A stretch of 32,000 nucleotides of DNA. Origin: Vibrio alginolyticus NBRC 15630 = ATCC 17749 (GTDB taxonomy: Bacteria; Pseudomonadota; Gammaproteobacteria; Enterobacterales; Vibrionaceae). The notes beneath the pieces are model-generated. The model worked only from the letters and a program-made list of their open reading frames with translations. It was not told the origin of the DNA and ran no database searches. The stretch spans positions 390,001 to 422,000 of the forward strand of contig NC_022359.1 in NCBI RefSeq assembly GCF_000354175.2, written 5' to 3'. Shown here in pieces: positions 1 to 8,537 of the stretch. Each line of letters begins with the position of its first letter. Positions within the stretch are counted from its first letter, which is position 1. Both the position numbers and the translations under genes were made by a program.

Positions 1-129
1 GACAATCAGCGTTCTAAATCGGTGATCCAAAAACTAAATATCCCTTACATCGGTGACAAAACATTGCGCATGCAAGGCAAAGAACGAAAGGTTTGTGTCT
101 ACCAACTCACGTTTGTCGCTTCTGAATAA
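1..129 (+). CDS. 3' end of a CDS cut by the window edge. Function unassigned; the tail weakly resembles C-termini of class III nucleotidyl cyclase domains.
   Basis: Frame +1 is open from base 1 to TAA at 127-129: DNQRSKSVIQKLNIPYIGDKTLRMQGKERKVCVYQLTFVASE*. It is absent from the ORF track only because no start codon lies in the window. The next gene starts 19 nt downstream. Confidence 0.4.
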   Translation, partial: DNQRSKSVIQKLNIPYIGDKTLRMQGKERKVCVYQLTFVASE

Positions 130-147
130 AGTCGAGGGATATGTCGG

Positions 148-582
148 ATGATCATCCATGAAACTTCACAAAATCTGCCCAAGAACAACCCTTTCTTGCT
201 AGGAACTGTATTGTTGTCGCTGTTCTATTTTTCCTACCTAGCAGACAAGATCGTCGAGTTTGGACTCGTAGCACTCACAATAATAGGATTGAAACTGCTC
301 TCAACGTACTTCACGCGCCGCGCGTTCAATCCTAAAACGCTAGATATCGATGCAAGCACCAACACCTTGAAGTACCGCCAGGGCTCAACGGTTTACTTCC
401 GTCTACCTCTTGATGACATTGTCAAAGTCCAAATACAGAAAGAGTTCTTCTCTAGCAAAAGTTTGATGCTCTACACAGTCAACGACGCTTACCAAGTGCC
501 GAATTCAGACAATTTCGATTCTCTACAGTTAAAGGATTTAATGAAACAACTTGAAGAGAGAATTGATGATCAATCTCGCTAA
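148..582 (+). CDS. Hypothetical small membrane protein: two N-terminal TM helices plus a ~90-aa soluble domain. The architecture is reminiscent of bacterial PH-like (DUF304-type) proteins.
   Basis: 144-aa ORF with a GAGGGA Shine-Dalgarno 8 nt upstream of the ATG. Hydrophobic segments are FLLGTVLLSLFYFSYL and FGLVALTIIGLKLL. It is followed by a bidirectional terminator. I recognise no diagnostic catalytic motif. Confidence 0.55.
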   Translation: MIIHETSQNLPKNNPFLLGTVLLSLFYFSYLADKIVEFGLVALTIIGLKLLSTYFTRRAFNPKTLDIDASTNTLKYRQGSTVYFRLPLDDIVKVQIQKEFFSSKSLMLYTVNDAYQVPNSDNFDSLQLKDLMKQLEERIDDQSR

Positions 583-636
583 AACGAAAAGAGAAGACAT
601 TCTAGAATGTTGCCAATTTGGTCTCTAAATAGAAAG

Positions 637-667
637 ACAAAAAAGCCAGCAATAACGCTGGCTTTTC
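637..667. terminator. Bidirectional rho-independent terminator shared by the convergent genes at 148-582 (+) and 674-913 (-)
   Basis: Stem AGCCAGC (644-650) pairs with GCTGGCT (657-663) around loop AATAAC. An A-run lies upstream and a T-run downstream. Confidence 0.8.
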
Positions 668-673
668 TCTGTA

Positions 674-913
674 TTAGTCTTGTGCGACTTTCACGCGAAT
701 TTTGCTTTTTTCTACGTTCGTCAAATTCAGTGCTTCAAGAGCAGAAATGGCTTCTGCTTCGTCCGGCATGATGACAAAACCGAAGCCTTTCGACAAACCC
801 GTGTCTTGATCAAGCACTAGCGAACACAGTTCTACTTTGCCGTACGCTGAGAATAATTTGCGGATATCTTGCTCGGTCATGTGACGAGCCAAGTTTCTTA
901 CTAAAAGTTTCAT
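674..913 (-). CDS. RNA-binding protein with a single RRM (RNP-1/RNP-2) domain
   Basis: 79 aa. RNP-2-like KLLVRNL sits at the N-terminus and RNP-1-like KGFGFVIM mid-protein. Size and layout are typical of small bacterial RRM proteins. Confidence 0.9.
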   Translation of the reverse strand: MKLLVRNLARHMTEQDIRKLFSAYGKVELCSLVLDQDTGLSKGFGFVIMPDEAEAISALEALNLTNVEKSKIRVKVAQD

Positions 914-1061
914 AATGAACCTAGTTGGTTTGATAACGGTTCGATTCTCTCAGTTTCTCTCTGGCAAACCAAGTGAATAATATGACGGCGTTGACTAGAT
1001 CATTCTAAGTACATCTGTTTAAATGATTTTCCGTTCATTTTTCACCCATAGGAGAGTCGGC

Positions 1062-1595
1062 ATGGAAACGAAACGTCTCAAACTCATCCCTGCTTGTTTA
1101 GAACGAGCCGAAGAGGCGCATCAAGCTGTCGTTCGCAGCCAAAAGACTCTCGAAGTCTATCTGCCGTGGGTGCCTCATGTGCTGACATTAGAAGCGATGA
1201 TAGAAGGGACAGAGAAAGCCATCGCAAACTTTGAAAACTTCGAAGAAGAGCTGCGTTACTACATCATTGAAAAGGAAAGCGATCGCTTACTGGGTGCGGT
1301 CGGCTTGATGATTCGAGATCCCGACGTACCGTCCTTTGAGATAGGTTATTGGTTAGATAATGCTGCCGTTGGCAATGGTTATGTTGCCGAGGCTGTGCTC
1401 GAAGTTGAGCGCTATGCGTTTGATGACTTGGGCGCCAAGAGAATCGCAATTCATGCTGATAGCACCAACCAAAAGAGCCGGGCTGTAGCCGAGCGCTGTG
1501 GTTATGAGTTCGAAGGAGAGCTCAGAAACGAACGTCTGACTACATCGGGAGAGTTGAGTAACACCGTTATTTACGCCAAAATTCGTCGCGACTAA
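1062..1595 (+). CDS. GNAT-family N-acetyltransferase (RimJ/RimL-like)
   Basis: The ORF track starts at 1023, but AGGAGAG lies 6 nt upstream of ATG 1062 (METKRLKL...). It has a GNAT core with an acetyl-CoA-binding type segment (GYWLDNAAVGNGYVAEAV) and the C-terminal AERCGYEFEG motif typical of RimJ/L-like enzymes. Confidence 0.85.
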   Translation: METKRLKLIPACLERAEEAHQAVVRSQKTLEVYLPWVPHVLTLEAMIEGTEKAIANFENFEEELRYYIIEKESDRLLGAVGLMIRDPDVPSFEIGYWLDNAAVGNGYVAEAVLEVERYAFDDLGAKRIAIHADSTNQKSRAVAERCGYEFEGELRNERLTTSGELSNTVIYAKIRRD

Positions 1596-1672
1596 CACTC
1601 CAATCTAACCGAGCAATGCTAAGCTTTGATCTCAAGCTACCACCATTAACGTTAATTAAGTTTCAGATAAAA

Positions 1673-1704
1673 CAAAGCCCGCTAAAATAGCGGGCTTTGT
1701 GTTC
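1673..1704. terminator. Bidirectional rho-independent terminator between the GNAT gene (+) and putP (-)
   Basis: Perfect 11-bp stem CAAAGCCCGCT (1673-1683) / AGCGGGCTTTG (1689-1699) with loop AAAAT, flanked by A- and T-rich tracts. Confidence 0.85.
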
Positions 1705-1719
1705 ATATACGGGAAGTTA

Positions 1720-3213
1720 CTAGTCTAGTTCAACCAGTTTTTTCTCGAACGACTGGTGTTGGTCTAACACGTCTTGCGCAGCACCGCCCGTTGCTTTACT
1801 TACCACAATGATAGCAAGCGTAGAGAAGATGATGCCCGGTACGATTTCGTACACATCAAACCAACCGCCAGTTAGCTGCTTCCAAACCACGATAGTGATA
1901 CCACCAACAAGAATACCTGCTAACGCACCGTTACGGTTCATACCGCTCCAGTAAAGGCTAAGTACAACCGCAGGACCAAATGCCGCACCAAAACCAGCCC
2001 AAGCGTAAGATACAAGACCAAGTACTGAGCTATCAGGCGTCATCGCTAGGAATAGCGCAACAAGCGAAATAACGATAACACCGATACGACCAATCATTAC
2101 GATTTCTTCAGAAGACGCTTCTGGCTTGAATACTTGCTTGTAGAAATCTTCTGCAAGCGCTGAAGATGAAACAAGGAGCTGTGAGTCAGCGGTACTCATT
2201 ACCGCCGCTAGGATTGCTGCTAACAACATACCCGCAACGACAGGGTGGAATACTGCGTTAACCAATAGCATGAAGATCTTCTCACCGTCCTCTAGTTGAG
2301 TACCCGGATGACCCGTAACCCAAACCAGACCAACAAGACCAACAAGCATTGCACCAACCATAGATAGTGCCGTCCAAATCACTGCGATACGACGTGCAGT
2401 CGTTAGATCTTTGTTTGAACGAGACGCTTTAAAACGCGCTAGGATGTGTGGCTGACCAAAGTAACCAAGGCCCCACGCCGCTAGAGAGATAATGGCAATC
2501 GCAGACAATGGTTCGCCTTTCGCGTCATTCCATAGCGTTGCAAGTTCTGGGTTGATGTCATGTAGATCAGAACTTAGCTGACCTAAACCACCGTCCATTA
2601 CCGCTATAGGAACAATCATTAGCGCAGCCGCCATTAGCAGACCTTGCACTAAGTCAGTCCAAGATACCGCTAGGAAACCACCGAATAGTGTGTAAGAAAC
2701 GACACACACCGTACCGATGATAACAGCGTAGGTATAATCTAGACCGAATACCGTCTCAAACAGTTTGCCCCCTGCGACCAAACCTGAGCTGGTGTAGAAA
2801 AGGAAAAATAGAAGAATGAAAAACGCAGAGATTGTCTGAATCAGTTTCGACTTATCGTTGAAGCGACGTGACAGGAACTCTGGCAACGTTAGCGCGTCAG
2901 TTTGGATACTGTAGGTACGGAGGCGTTTTGCACTGATGAGCCAGTTTGCCCATGTACCAAGAAGTAGACCGCCGGCTAACCAGAAGGCCTCGATACCCGC
3001 AGCGTACGCATAGCCAGGCAAGCCTAGCAGCAGCCAACCACTCATGTCTGAAGCACCTGCAGATAATGCAGCAGGCCACGGACCTAGGCTACGGCCACCT
3101 AGGAAGTAGTCAGATGAATTGGAAGTCCTCTTATACGCGTAAACGCCAATAGCAACCATAATCAGTAAATACGCCACAAAAGTGGACGTGATAGCAAAGC
3201 TATTTTCTATCAT
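1720..3213 (-). CDS. putP: Sodium/proline symporter (SSS family)
   Basis: 497 aa and highly hydrophobic, consistent with ~13 TM helices. SSS-family N-terminal motifs are present (YFLGGRSLGPW, SDMSGWLLLGLPG). A GAGGA SD precedes the ATG, and the gene sits immediately downstream of putA. Confidence 0.95.
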   Translation of the reverse strand: MIENSFAITSTFVAYLLIMVAIGVYAYKRTSNSSDYFLGGRSLGPWPAALSAGASDMSGWLLLGLPGYAYAAGIEAFWLAGGLLLGTWANWLISAKRLRTYSIQTDALTLPEFLSRRFNDKSKLIQTISAFFILLFFLFYTSSGLVAGGKLFETVFGLDYTYAVIIGTVCVVSYTLFGGFLAVSWTDLVQGLLMAAALMIVPIAVMDGGLGQLSSDLHDINPELATLWNDAKGEPLSAIAIISLAAWGLGYFGQPHILARFKASRSNKDLTTARRIAVIWTALSMVGAMLVGLVGLVWVTGHPGTQLEDGEKIFMLLVNAVFHPVVAGMLLAAILAAVMSTADSQLLVSSSALAEDFYKQVFKPEASSEEIVMIGRIGVIVISLVALFLAMTPDSSVLGLVSYAWAGFGAAFGPAVVLSLYWSGMNRNGALAGILVGGITIVVWKQLTGGWFDVYEIVPGIIFSTLAIIVVSKATGGAAQDVLDQHQSFEKKLVELD

Positions 3214-3288
3214 TAGATAGTCCTCGTTATAATTATTTCCTTCCTTGCCTGCCCTGATATTTTACCGTCTCAGCAATACATCAGAGTA

Positions 3289-3334
3289 TAAAAAACCAAT
3301 CTGGACCGGCTCTCAGTCCAGTTACTCCAGATTG
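3289..3334 (-). terminator. Hairpin plus U-tract (terminator or attenuator) between the PutA-CTD gene and putP
   Basis: On the minus strand, CCAATCTGGA (complement of 3325-3334) pairs with TCCAGATTGG (complement of 3295-3304). This is a 10-bp stem with a 20-nt loop, followed by a run of 6 T (plus-strand A-run 3289-3294). Confidence 0.5.
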
Positions 3335-3349
3335 GCATTACAAGTCAGG

Positions 3350-4057
3350 TTAGTGAGTTTCGTTCCCCAACTCGAGTAGAGTTGCGTTACCACCCACCGC
3401 GGTAATATTTATCGTTCGAGTGCGCTCAGTAATGAAGCGCAACGAGAGATGAGGATCATGAGCCAATTTCGGTGACTCTAAATCCGTTTCAGAAACTAAG
3501 CCGACGATTGCACCGTCACGCTTAGCTAGTTGAAGATTGAGCGCATGCTCAACCTGTGAACGCCCAACATAACCCACACTACGTACATCGCTCTCAAGCA
3601 ACGGGGCAGACGCATCGTACGCAACAACCTGGACTAAGTTAGATGGGAAGTTTGCCAACGCTACAGCTTGCTTAACCAGTTGGTTTAGCTCTGCATTGTC
3701 ACTGCAAACGACCACACTGTTGCCTGCAATTAAGGCACAGGTGATCATCGCAAAAGCACTGTATAACGCATTATCAGCAGGCTCGATGTTGTTTTCACAA
3801 ATCACCAAAGCCACACCGCGTCCTGCGGCATACAGTTCGTTAGTTTCCCCTGTAGGGCCAACTAACTGGTGAGTTTCTGCAAGAAGAGTTGATGCTTGTT
3901 GCAAGTGGTAAGAAACCACTTTGGCAACGGTAGACTGCTGCCCTTCTAGTGCAGATTTAAATGCCAGAACATGCTCGCATTTGTAATCAAAATCAGTCAG
4001 ATTCCACTGCTCCCACGCAGAGAATGCATCTTTAAAATAGGTGATCTGATGAACCAT
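3350..4057 (-). CDS. Stand-alone homologue of the C-terminal ALDH-fold domain (CTD) of long PutA proteins
   Basis: 235 aa with its own AAGGAG SD (TAAGGAGTCGCATTATG) 11 nt after the putA stop. It appears colinear with the last ~210 residues of E. coli PutA as I recall them: GPTGETNELY vs GPTGERNTWT, and the terminal ERTRTINITAVGGNATLLELG vs ERSLSVNTAAAGGNASLMTIG. Confidence 0.8.
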   Translation of the reverse strand: MVHQITYFKDAFSAWEQWNLTDFDYKCEHVLAFKSALEGQQSTVAKVVSYHLQQASTLLAETHQLVGPTGETNELYAAGRGVALVICENNIEPADNALYSAFAMITCALIAGNSVVVCSDNAELNQLVKQAVALANFPSNLVQVVAYDASAPLLESDVRSVGYVGRSQVEHALNLQLAKRDGAIVGLVSETDLESPKLAHDPHLSLRFITERTRTINITAVGGNATLLELGNETH

Positions 4058-4068
4058 AATGCGACTCC

Positions 4069-7000
4069 TTATGCGTTTTCTGCTTGAGCAAGAAGATGTT
4101 GAGTAAAGCGGAATAGGTAGTGTGGACCACCAGCTTTCGGGCCAGTACCCGACAAGCCTTGACCACCAAACGGCTGTACACCAACCACAGCGCCAACTTG
4201 GTCTCGGTTGATATAGCAGTTACCTACTCGTGCATGTTTCTCAATCCAACGGTACGTGGTTTCGTTACGGCTATGGATACCCATCGTCAAGCCAAAACCC
4301 GTTCTGTTGATCTGCGCAACCACGTTCGGTAATTCAGACGCTTTAAAGCGAACAATGTGCAAGATTGGACCAAATTGTTCTTCTTTCAGCACATCGATGC
4401 CCGAGATTTCAAACGCACTTGGTGAGACAAAGTCACCATGCTGGCACGATTCATCCAGCTGTAGCTGAGCGACTTTAGTCTGTGTTTTGCTCATTTGCTC
4501 AAGGTGAGCGAGGAGTTTTTGTTTTGCATTGCTGTCGATAACCGGACCAACATCCGTTTTGTGTAGGTAAGGTAAACCAACATGCAGCTCATTCATCGCA
4601 CCTTGAATCAGGTTGATCATACGGTCTGCTACATCTTCTTGTACAAATAGAACACGAAGGGCAGAACAACGCTGACCTGCAGATGCAAACGCCGAACGAA
4701 TCACATCACGCACCACCTGCTCTGGCAATGCAGTACTGTCCACGATCATTGCGTTTTGACCACCTGTTTCCGCAATAAACGGAACCGGTTTCGCGCTGCG
4801 CTCCGCAAGCGTGACGTTAATGCGTTGCGCCGTTGCCGTTGAGCCAGTGAATGCCACACCAGCAATAGCATCATGAGAAGTCAGTGCATGACCAATCTCA
4901 GCGCCGCGACCAGTAAGTAACTGAATCACACCTGCAGGGAAACCAGCATCAAGCATTAGTTCAATAGCGCGAGCGGCAATTAAGCTTGTTTGCTCAGCAG
5001 GTTTTGCAACCACTGTGTTACCCGCAATCAGTGCTGCCGTCACCTGACCAAGGAAGATAGCCAACGGGAAGTTCCAAGGGCTAATACACACAAACACACC
5101 AAGACCTTCACGGCTAGAAATGCGTTTCACACCATCAAAGCCTTCTAGCTCAAATGGCTGTAGGTTTTGCGCTTGTTTCGCGTAATAACGACAGAAATCC
5201 ACCGCTTCACGAACTTCATCAATGCTATCGTGAATCGTTTTGCCCGCTTCTTTGTGACAAATCGCCACCAGCTCAGCCAGGTTTTCTTCCATTAAGTCAG
5301 CAAGCTTTTCTAAACAAGCCGCTTTTTGTTCTACAGGAACGGCTTTCCAATCAGAGAAAGCAGTTTGCGCCGCATCAATTGCAGCGGAAACGTGATCAAG
5401 AGTTGCAAATGCCACTTTGCCGACTTCAATTCGGCGATCGTATGGTGCGGTGATGATCTCAGCCGCATTTTCCTTGATCATGCTTTCGGCAAAGCGTTCA
5501 CCATTGATCATCGGGCCTGCAACCCACTGATTGTCCATGAAGCTTTCGACCTGAGCTTCAAATGGCTTCGCTTCACTGTCGATGTCGATGTTGACGCCAT
5601 ATGAGTTCTTACGCTCAGGGAAAATATCGGCAGGCAATGGAATTTTGTCGTTGTGTAGCGTGTCAAAACCCGTCAACACATCCACAGGGTGATGAGTCAA
5701 CTCATAAATCGGACAACGCGCATCAACTAGACGGTGTACAAACGAGCTGTTCGCACCATTTTCAAGCAGACGACGAACCAAGTACGGAAGAAGATCAGCA
5801 TGGCTACCGACAGGAGCATAAATACGTACTGGCTGACCGTACATTTTCATAACATGGTTATACAGTGAATCACCCATACCATGCAGGCGCTGGAACTCGT
5901 ATTCTTTGTGCTCCGCCATGACAGCAATTGCCGTAACTGTGTGAGCATTGTGGCTTGCAAATTGTGGGTAGATATTACCGCGAACACCTTCGCTAAGTAG
6001 GAAACGAGCACAAGCTAGGTATGCAACGTCCGTCGCTTCTTTGCGAGTGTATACTGGGTAGTTTGCATAACCCGCTTGTTGAGACCACTTGATTTCGCTG
6101 TCCCAGTACGCGCCTTTAACCAAACGCAGAGGAATAACGTCACCTTGCTCTTTTGCGAGTGCATTTAGCCACACCAAGACTGGTAGCGCACGTTTTGAGT
6201 AGGCTTGAATAACCAAACCAAACTTGCCCCAACCTTTCACAAGATCGCTACGGTACACTTTCTCAAATAGCTTCAGAGAAAGCTCAAGGCGATCCGCTTC
6301 TTCTGCATCGATTGTGATTGCAACGTCGACTTCAATAGCACGTTTTAGTAGTTGCATTAGTGAGTCATACAACTCTGTCATTACACGTTCTTCATTTGCG
6401 ACTTCGTAGCGCGGATGTAATGCAGAAAGCTTGATGGAAATCGAAGGCGCAGGGCTGGTGTCGTTACCGTAAGTCTCGCGACCCACCGCTTCGATCGCCA
6501 TTAGGTAATCTTTGAAGTACTTGTTCGCGTCCGCTGTAGTTAACGCCGCCTCACCCAACATATCAAACGAGTAGGTGAAACCTTTGTCGCGCATCGGACG
6601 ACCGTTCTTTTGCGCTTCTTCGATCGTACGACCACGAACAAACTGGTGACCCATGATCTTCATTGCCTGATACATGGCTTTACGAATCACGGGCTCAGAG
6701 AATTTATTTACCAGACGGTTTACAGCCTGACCTGGGCTCTGGGTGCCTTGCTCACCAAGACCAACCACTTTACCTGTTAGCATGAGGCCCCATGTTGATG
6801 CGTTAACAAACACAGAGTCAGAGTTTTTCAGGTGAGATTTCCAGTCTGCGACACTCAACTTATCTTTAATCAAAGAATCTGCTGTCGCGGCATCTGGGAT
6901 GCGCATTAATGCTTCTGCAAGACACATCAGCAAGATACCTTCTTGAGTATCTAAGCTGTATTCCAGCAATAAAGCATCAATCATCTGGATTGACTTCTTA

Positions 7001-7200
7001 TCGGCACGAATGGCTTCGATAAGGTGGGTCGTTTGGGTAGTGATCGCCGATTTTTCATCCTCTGTCGGCGTCGCTAGTGGCAATAGTTGCTCTAGCCATT
7101 GAGACTCGTCCACCATATATAATGGCGAGATCAGTGACCACAACTTATCAAGCGGCTGCCCGATAAATTCCGGTGTCAACACGTTCGTAGCTGTAAACAT
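4069..7200 (-). CDS. putA: Bifunctional proline dehydrogenase / L-glutamate-gamma-semialdehyde (P5C) dehydrogenase. It lacks both the RHH DNA-binding domain and the CTD.
   Basis: 1043 aa. PRODH barrel motifs are present (YSFDMLGEAALT, RLVKGAYWD, YLVRRLLENGANSSF). So are ALDH motifs (ISPWNFPLAIF, AETGGQNAMIVD, catalytic GQRCSA, GTGPKAGGP). The N-terminus aligns to about residue 85 of E. coli PutA, so there is no ribbon-helix-helix. Confidence 0.97.
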   Translation of the reverse strand: MFTATNVLTPEFIGQPLDKLWSLISPLYMVDESQWLEQLLPLATPTEDEKSAITTQTTHLIEAIRADKKSIQMIDALLLEYSLDTQEGILLMCLAEALMRIPDAATADSLIKDKLSVADWKSHLKNSDSVFVNASTWGLMLTGKVVGLGEQGTQSPGQAVNRLVNKFSEPVIRKAMYQAMKIMGHQFVRGRTIEEAQKNGRPMRDKGFTYSFDMLGEAALTTADANKYFKDYLMAIEAVGRETYGNDTSPAPSISIKLSALHPRYEVANEERVMTELYDSLMQLLKRAIEVDVAITIDAEEADRLELSLKLFEKVYRSDLVKGWGKFGLVIQAYSKRALPVLVWLNALAKEQGDVIPLRLVKGAYWDSEIKWSQQAGYANYPVYTRKEATDVAYLACARFLLSEGVRGNIYPQFASHNAHTVTAIAVMAEHKEYEFQRLHGMGDSLYNHVMKMYGQPVRIYAPVGSHADLLPYLVRRLLENGANSSFVHRLVDARCPIYELTHHPVDVLTGFDTLHNDKIPLPADIFPERKNSYGVNIDIDSEAKPFEAQVESFMDNQWVAGPMINGERFAESMIKENAAEIITAPYDRRIEVGKVAFATLDHVSAAIDAAQTAFSDWKAVPVEQKAACLEKLADLMEENLAELVAICHKEAGKTIHDSIDEVREAVDFCRYYAKQAQNLQPFELEGFDGVKRISSREGLGVFVCISPWNFPLAIFLGQVTAALIAGNTVVAKPAEQTSLIAARAIELMLDAGFPAGVIQLLTGRGAEIGHALTSHDAIAGVAFTGSTATAQRINVTLAERSAKPVPFIAETGGQNAMIVDSTALPEQVVRDVIRSAFASAGQRCSALRVLFVQEDVADRMINLIQGAMNELHVGLPYLHKTDVGPVIDSNAKQKLLAHLEQMSKTQTKVAQLQLDESCQHGDFVSPSAFEISGIDVLKEEQFGPILHIVRFKASELPNVVAQINRTGFGLTMGIHSRNETTYRWIEKHARVGNCYINRDQVGAVVGVQPFGGQGLSGTGPKAGGPHYLFRFTQHLLAQAENA

Positions 7201-7539
7201 GTGTGTTCCTCAATCTCACTCCTCGAAAACCGCTTCGAGGATTATCAATGGCTGGCAGTGTATTTTGAGGCCGATAAGAATACTTGTCAAAAACTACGAC
7301 ATTTTTGCCAAAAACTCGCTTTTATAACAAAACATCCACATAGTCACATTCAAATAGGTAATATTTTGTGTTGTAAATTTTAATTTTTTCATTGCATTCA
7401 CAACAAAATATTAAGAATATCAATAAGATTTTTGTGAAGAGCTCGTTCTAAGAGAAAATGTAGGATCAAGTGGCATATCAGCCACTGCAAAGAACAGAGA
7501 ATTTAAAAAAACGAGAGATAGGTCACGTGAATAAAACAT

Positions 7540-7564
7540 AAAAAAAACCACGCAGAGTGCATGG
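7540..7564 (-). terminator. Rho-independent terminator of the AraC-family gene
   Basis: Minus-strand RNA CCAUGCA-CUC-UGCGUGG forms 7 bp including one G-U pair, followed by U8 (plus-strand A-run 7540-7547). It lies 40 nt past the stop at 7605. Confidence 0.75.
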
Positions 7565-7604
7565 CTTTATTCTAATTGATTGTGCCGTCCTAAAAAACGC
7601 GTTG

Positions 7605-8417
7605 TTATCCAACTTGTTTTTTATAACGGGAAGGTGATATTCCCTGTAAGCGAGTAAAAGTATGAGTAAAAGTACTCTGGCTTGAGAAGCCAGTAAACTC
7701 GGCAATTTGCCCTAAAGAAAGGTGACCTTGCTCGATTAATTCACGAGCCATGTCGATTCGCTTTCCGAGAACATATTGATGAGGTGTAATCCCCATCTGC
7801 TCTTTAAACAAGCAATGGAACTGACTTTCCCCAAGAAACACTCGCCCGGCCAATTGAGCCACACTAATCTTATGACTCAGGTGCTGCTCAATGTAACGAT
7901 CAATCGCCTCCAAATCAAAGCGCGACTCTTTTCGACTGGTCTCAAATGCCGAGATATGGCGCTGCATTAATGCAATCACAGTGTCGTTACACGCACGACT
8001 TAACAGCAGGTCATCCGGATGGTTTCGCATTTCCTGAACCAACATCTGTATCAGCTTCTGAATTTGACTATCTAACTGGAAGTAGACATGGTCTCTCTCC
8101 AGGTTATTGATTTTTTGAAGCATTTCAGGATCATCATTTGTCGGTTTGGGCATATTCAGCACCAAAATATCCGATTGATTGATGACGCCACCGAAAGCAT
8201 GATCAGAGCATGCGGTAACCACACAACCTTGACCAGGGCCGACAAGATTACCTCGCCCGCGCACTTCAAATTCGGCTTGCCCTTTTAAACCAATCACGAT
8301 CTGCGTATAAGAATGATCGTGGCAATCCATATAAGACGGAAGTGTGATCAGCTCCGCCGGCTTTGGCAGAATAATCTCTTGATATGAAAGGATTTTTTGG
8401 TTATCTGAATCACTCAT
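7605..8417 (-). CDS. AraC/XylS-family transcriptional regulator (cupin-like N-domain plus double HTH). By position it is a candidate regulator of the put genes.
   Basis: 270 aa. The C-terminal AraC signature is present (ISVAQLAGRVFLGESQFHCLFKEQMGITPHQYVLGKRIDMARELI...IAEFTGFSSQSTFTHTFTRLQGISPSRY). The regulatory target is an inference from adjacency to a PutA that lacks its own DNA-binding domain. Confidence 0.9.
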   Translation of the reverse strand: MSDSDNQKILSYQEIILPKPAELITLPSYMDCHDHSYTQIVIGLKGQAEFEVRGRGNLVGPGQGCVVTACSDHAFGGVINQSDILVLNMPKPTNDDPEMLQKINNLERDHVYFQLDSQIQKLIQMLVQEMRNHPDDLLLSRACNDTVIALMQRHISAFETSRKESRFDLEAIDRYIEQHLSHKISVAQLAGRVFLGESQFHCLFKEQMGITPHQYVLGKRIDMARELIEQGHLSLGQIAEFTGFSSQSTFTHTFTRLQGISPSRYKKQVG

Positions 8418-8537
8418 TTTAAACAGTCGTCTTTACACGGTCAGCTTACGTCTTCGCATCATATACCTTCTTTGTTGGGTTGCAACTTTTACCCAACTCA
8501 ATCGACAAGATCAAATCAGCATGCTCAAGTTCATTTA

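Noticed and set aside
4120-6409. Seven plus-strand ORFs of 60-99 aa inside putA (4120-4332, 4256-4468, 5154-5453, 5326-5604, 5601-5852, 6224-6409) and similar ones inside putP (2946-3152, 2897-3079)
   Set aside because: They are nested in or antisense to long, motif-rich genes with unambiguous identity. Their translations are low-complexity (R/S/C-rich) with no SD or recognisable domain, which is typical of shadow ORFs.
7386-7401. Possible CRP site TTTCA-TTGCAT-TCACA in the putA upstream region
   Set aside because: Only one half-site matches the consensus (the left half matches 3 of 5). In AT-rich DNA such matches arise by chance, so it is not reported as a feature.
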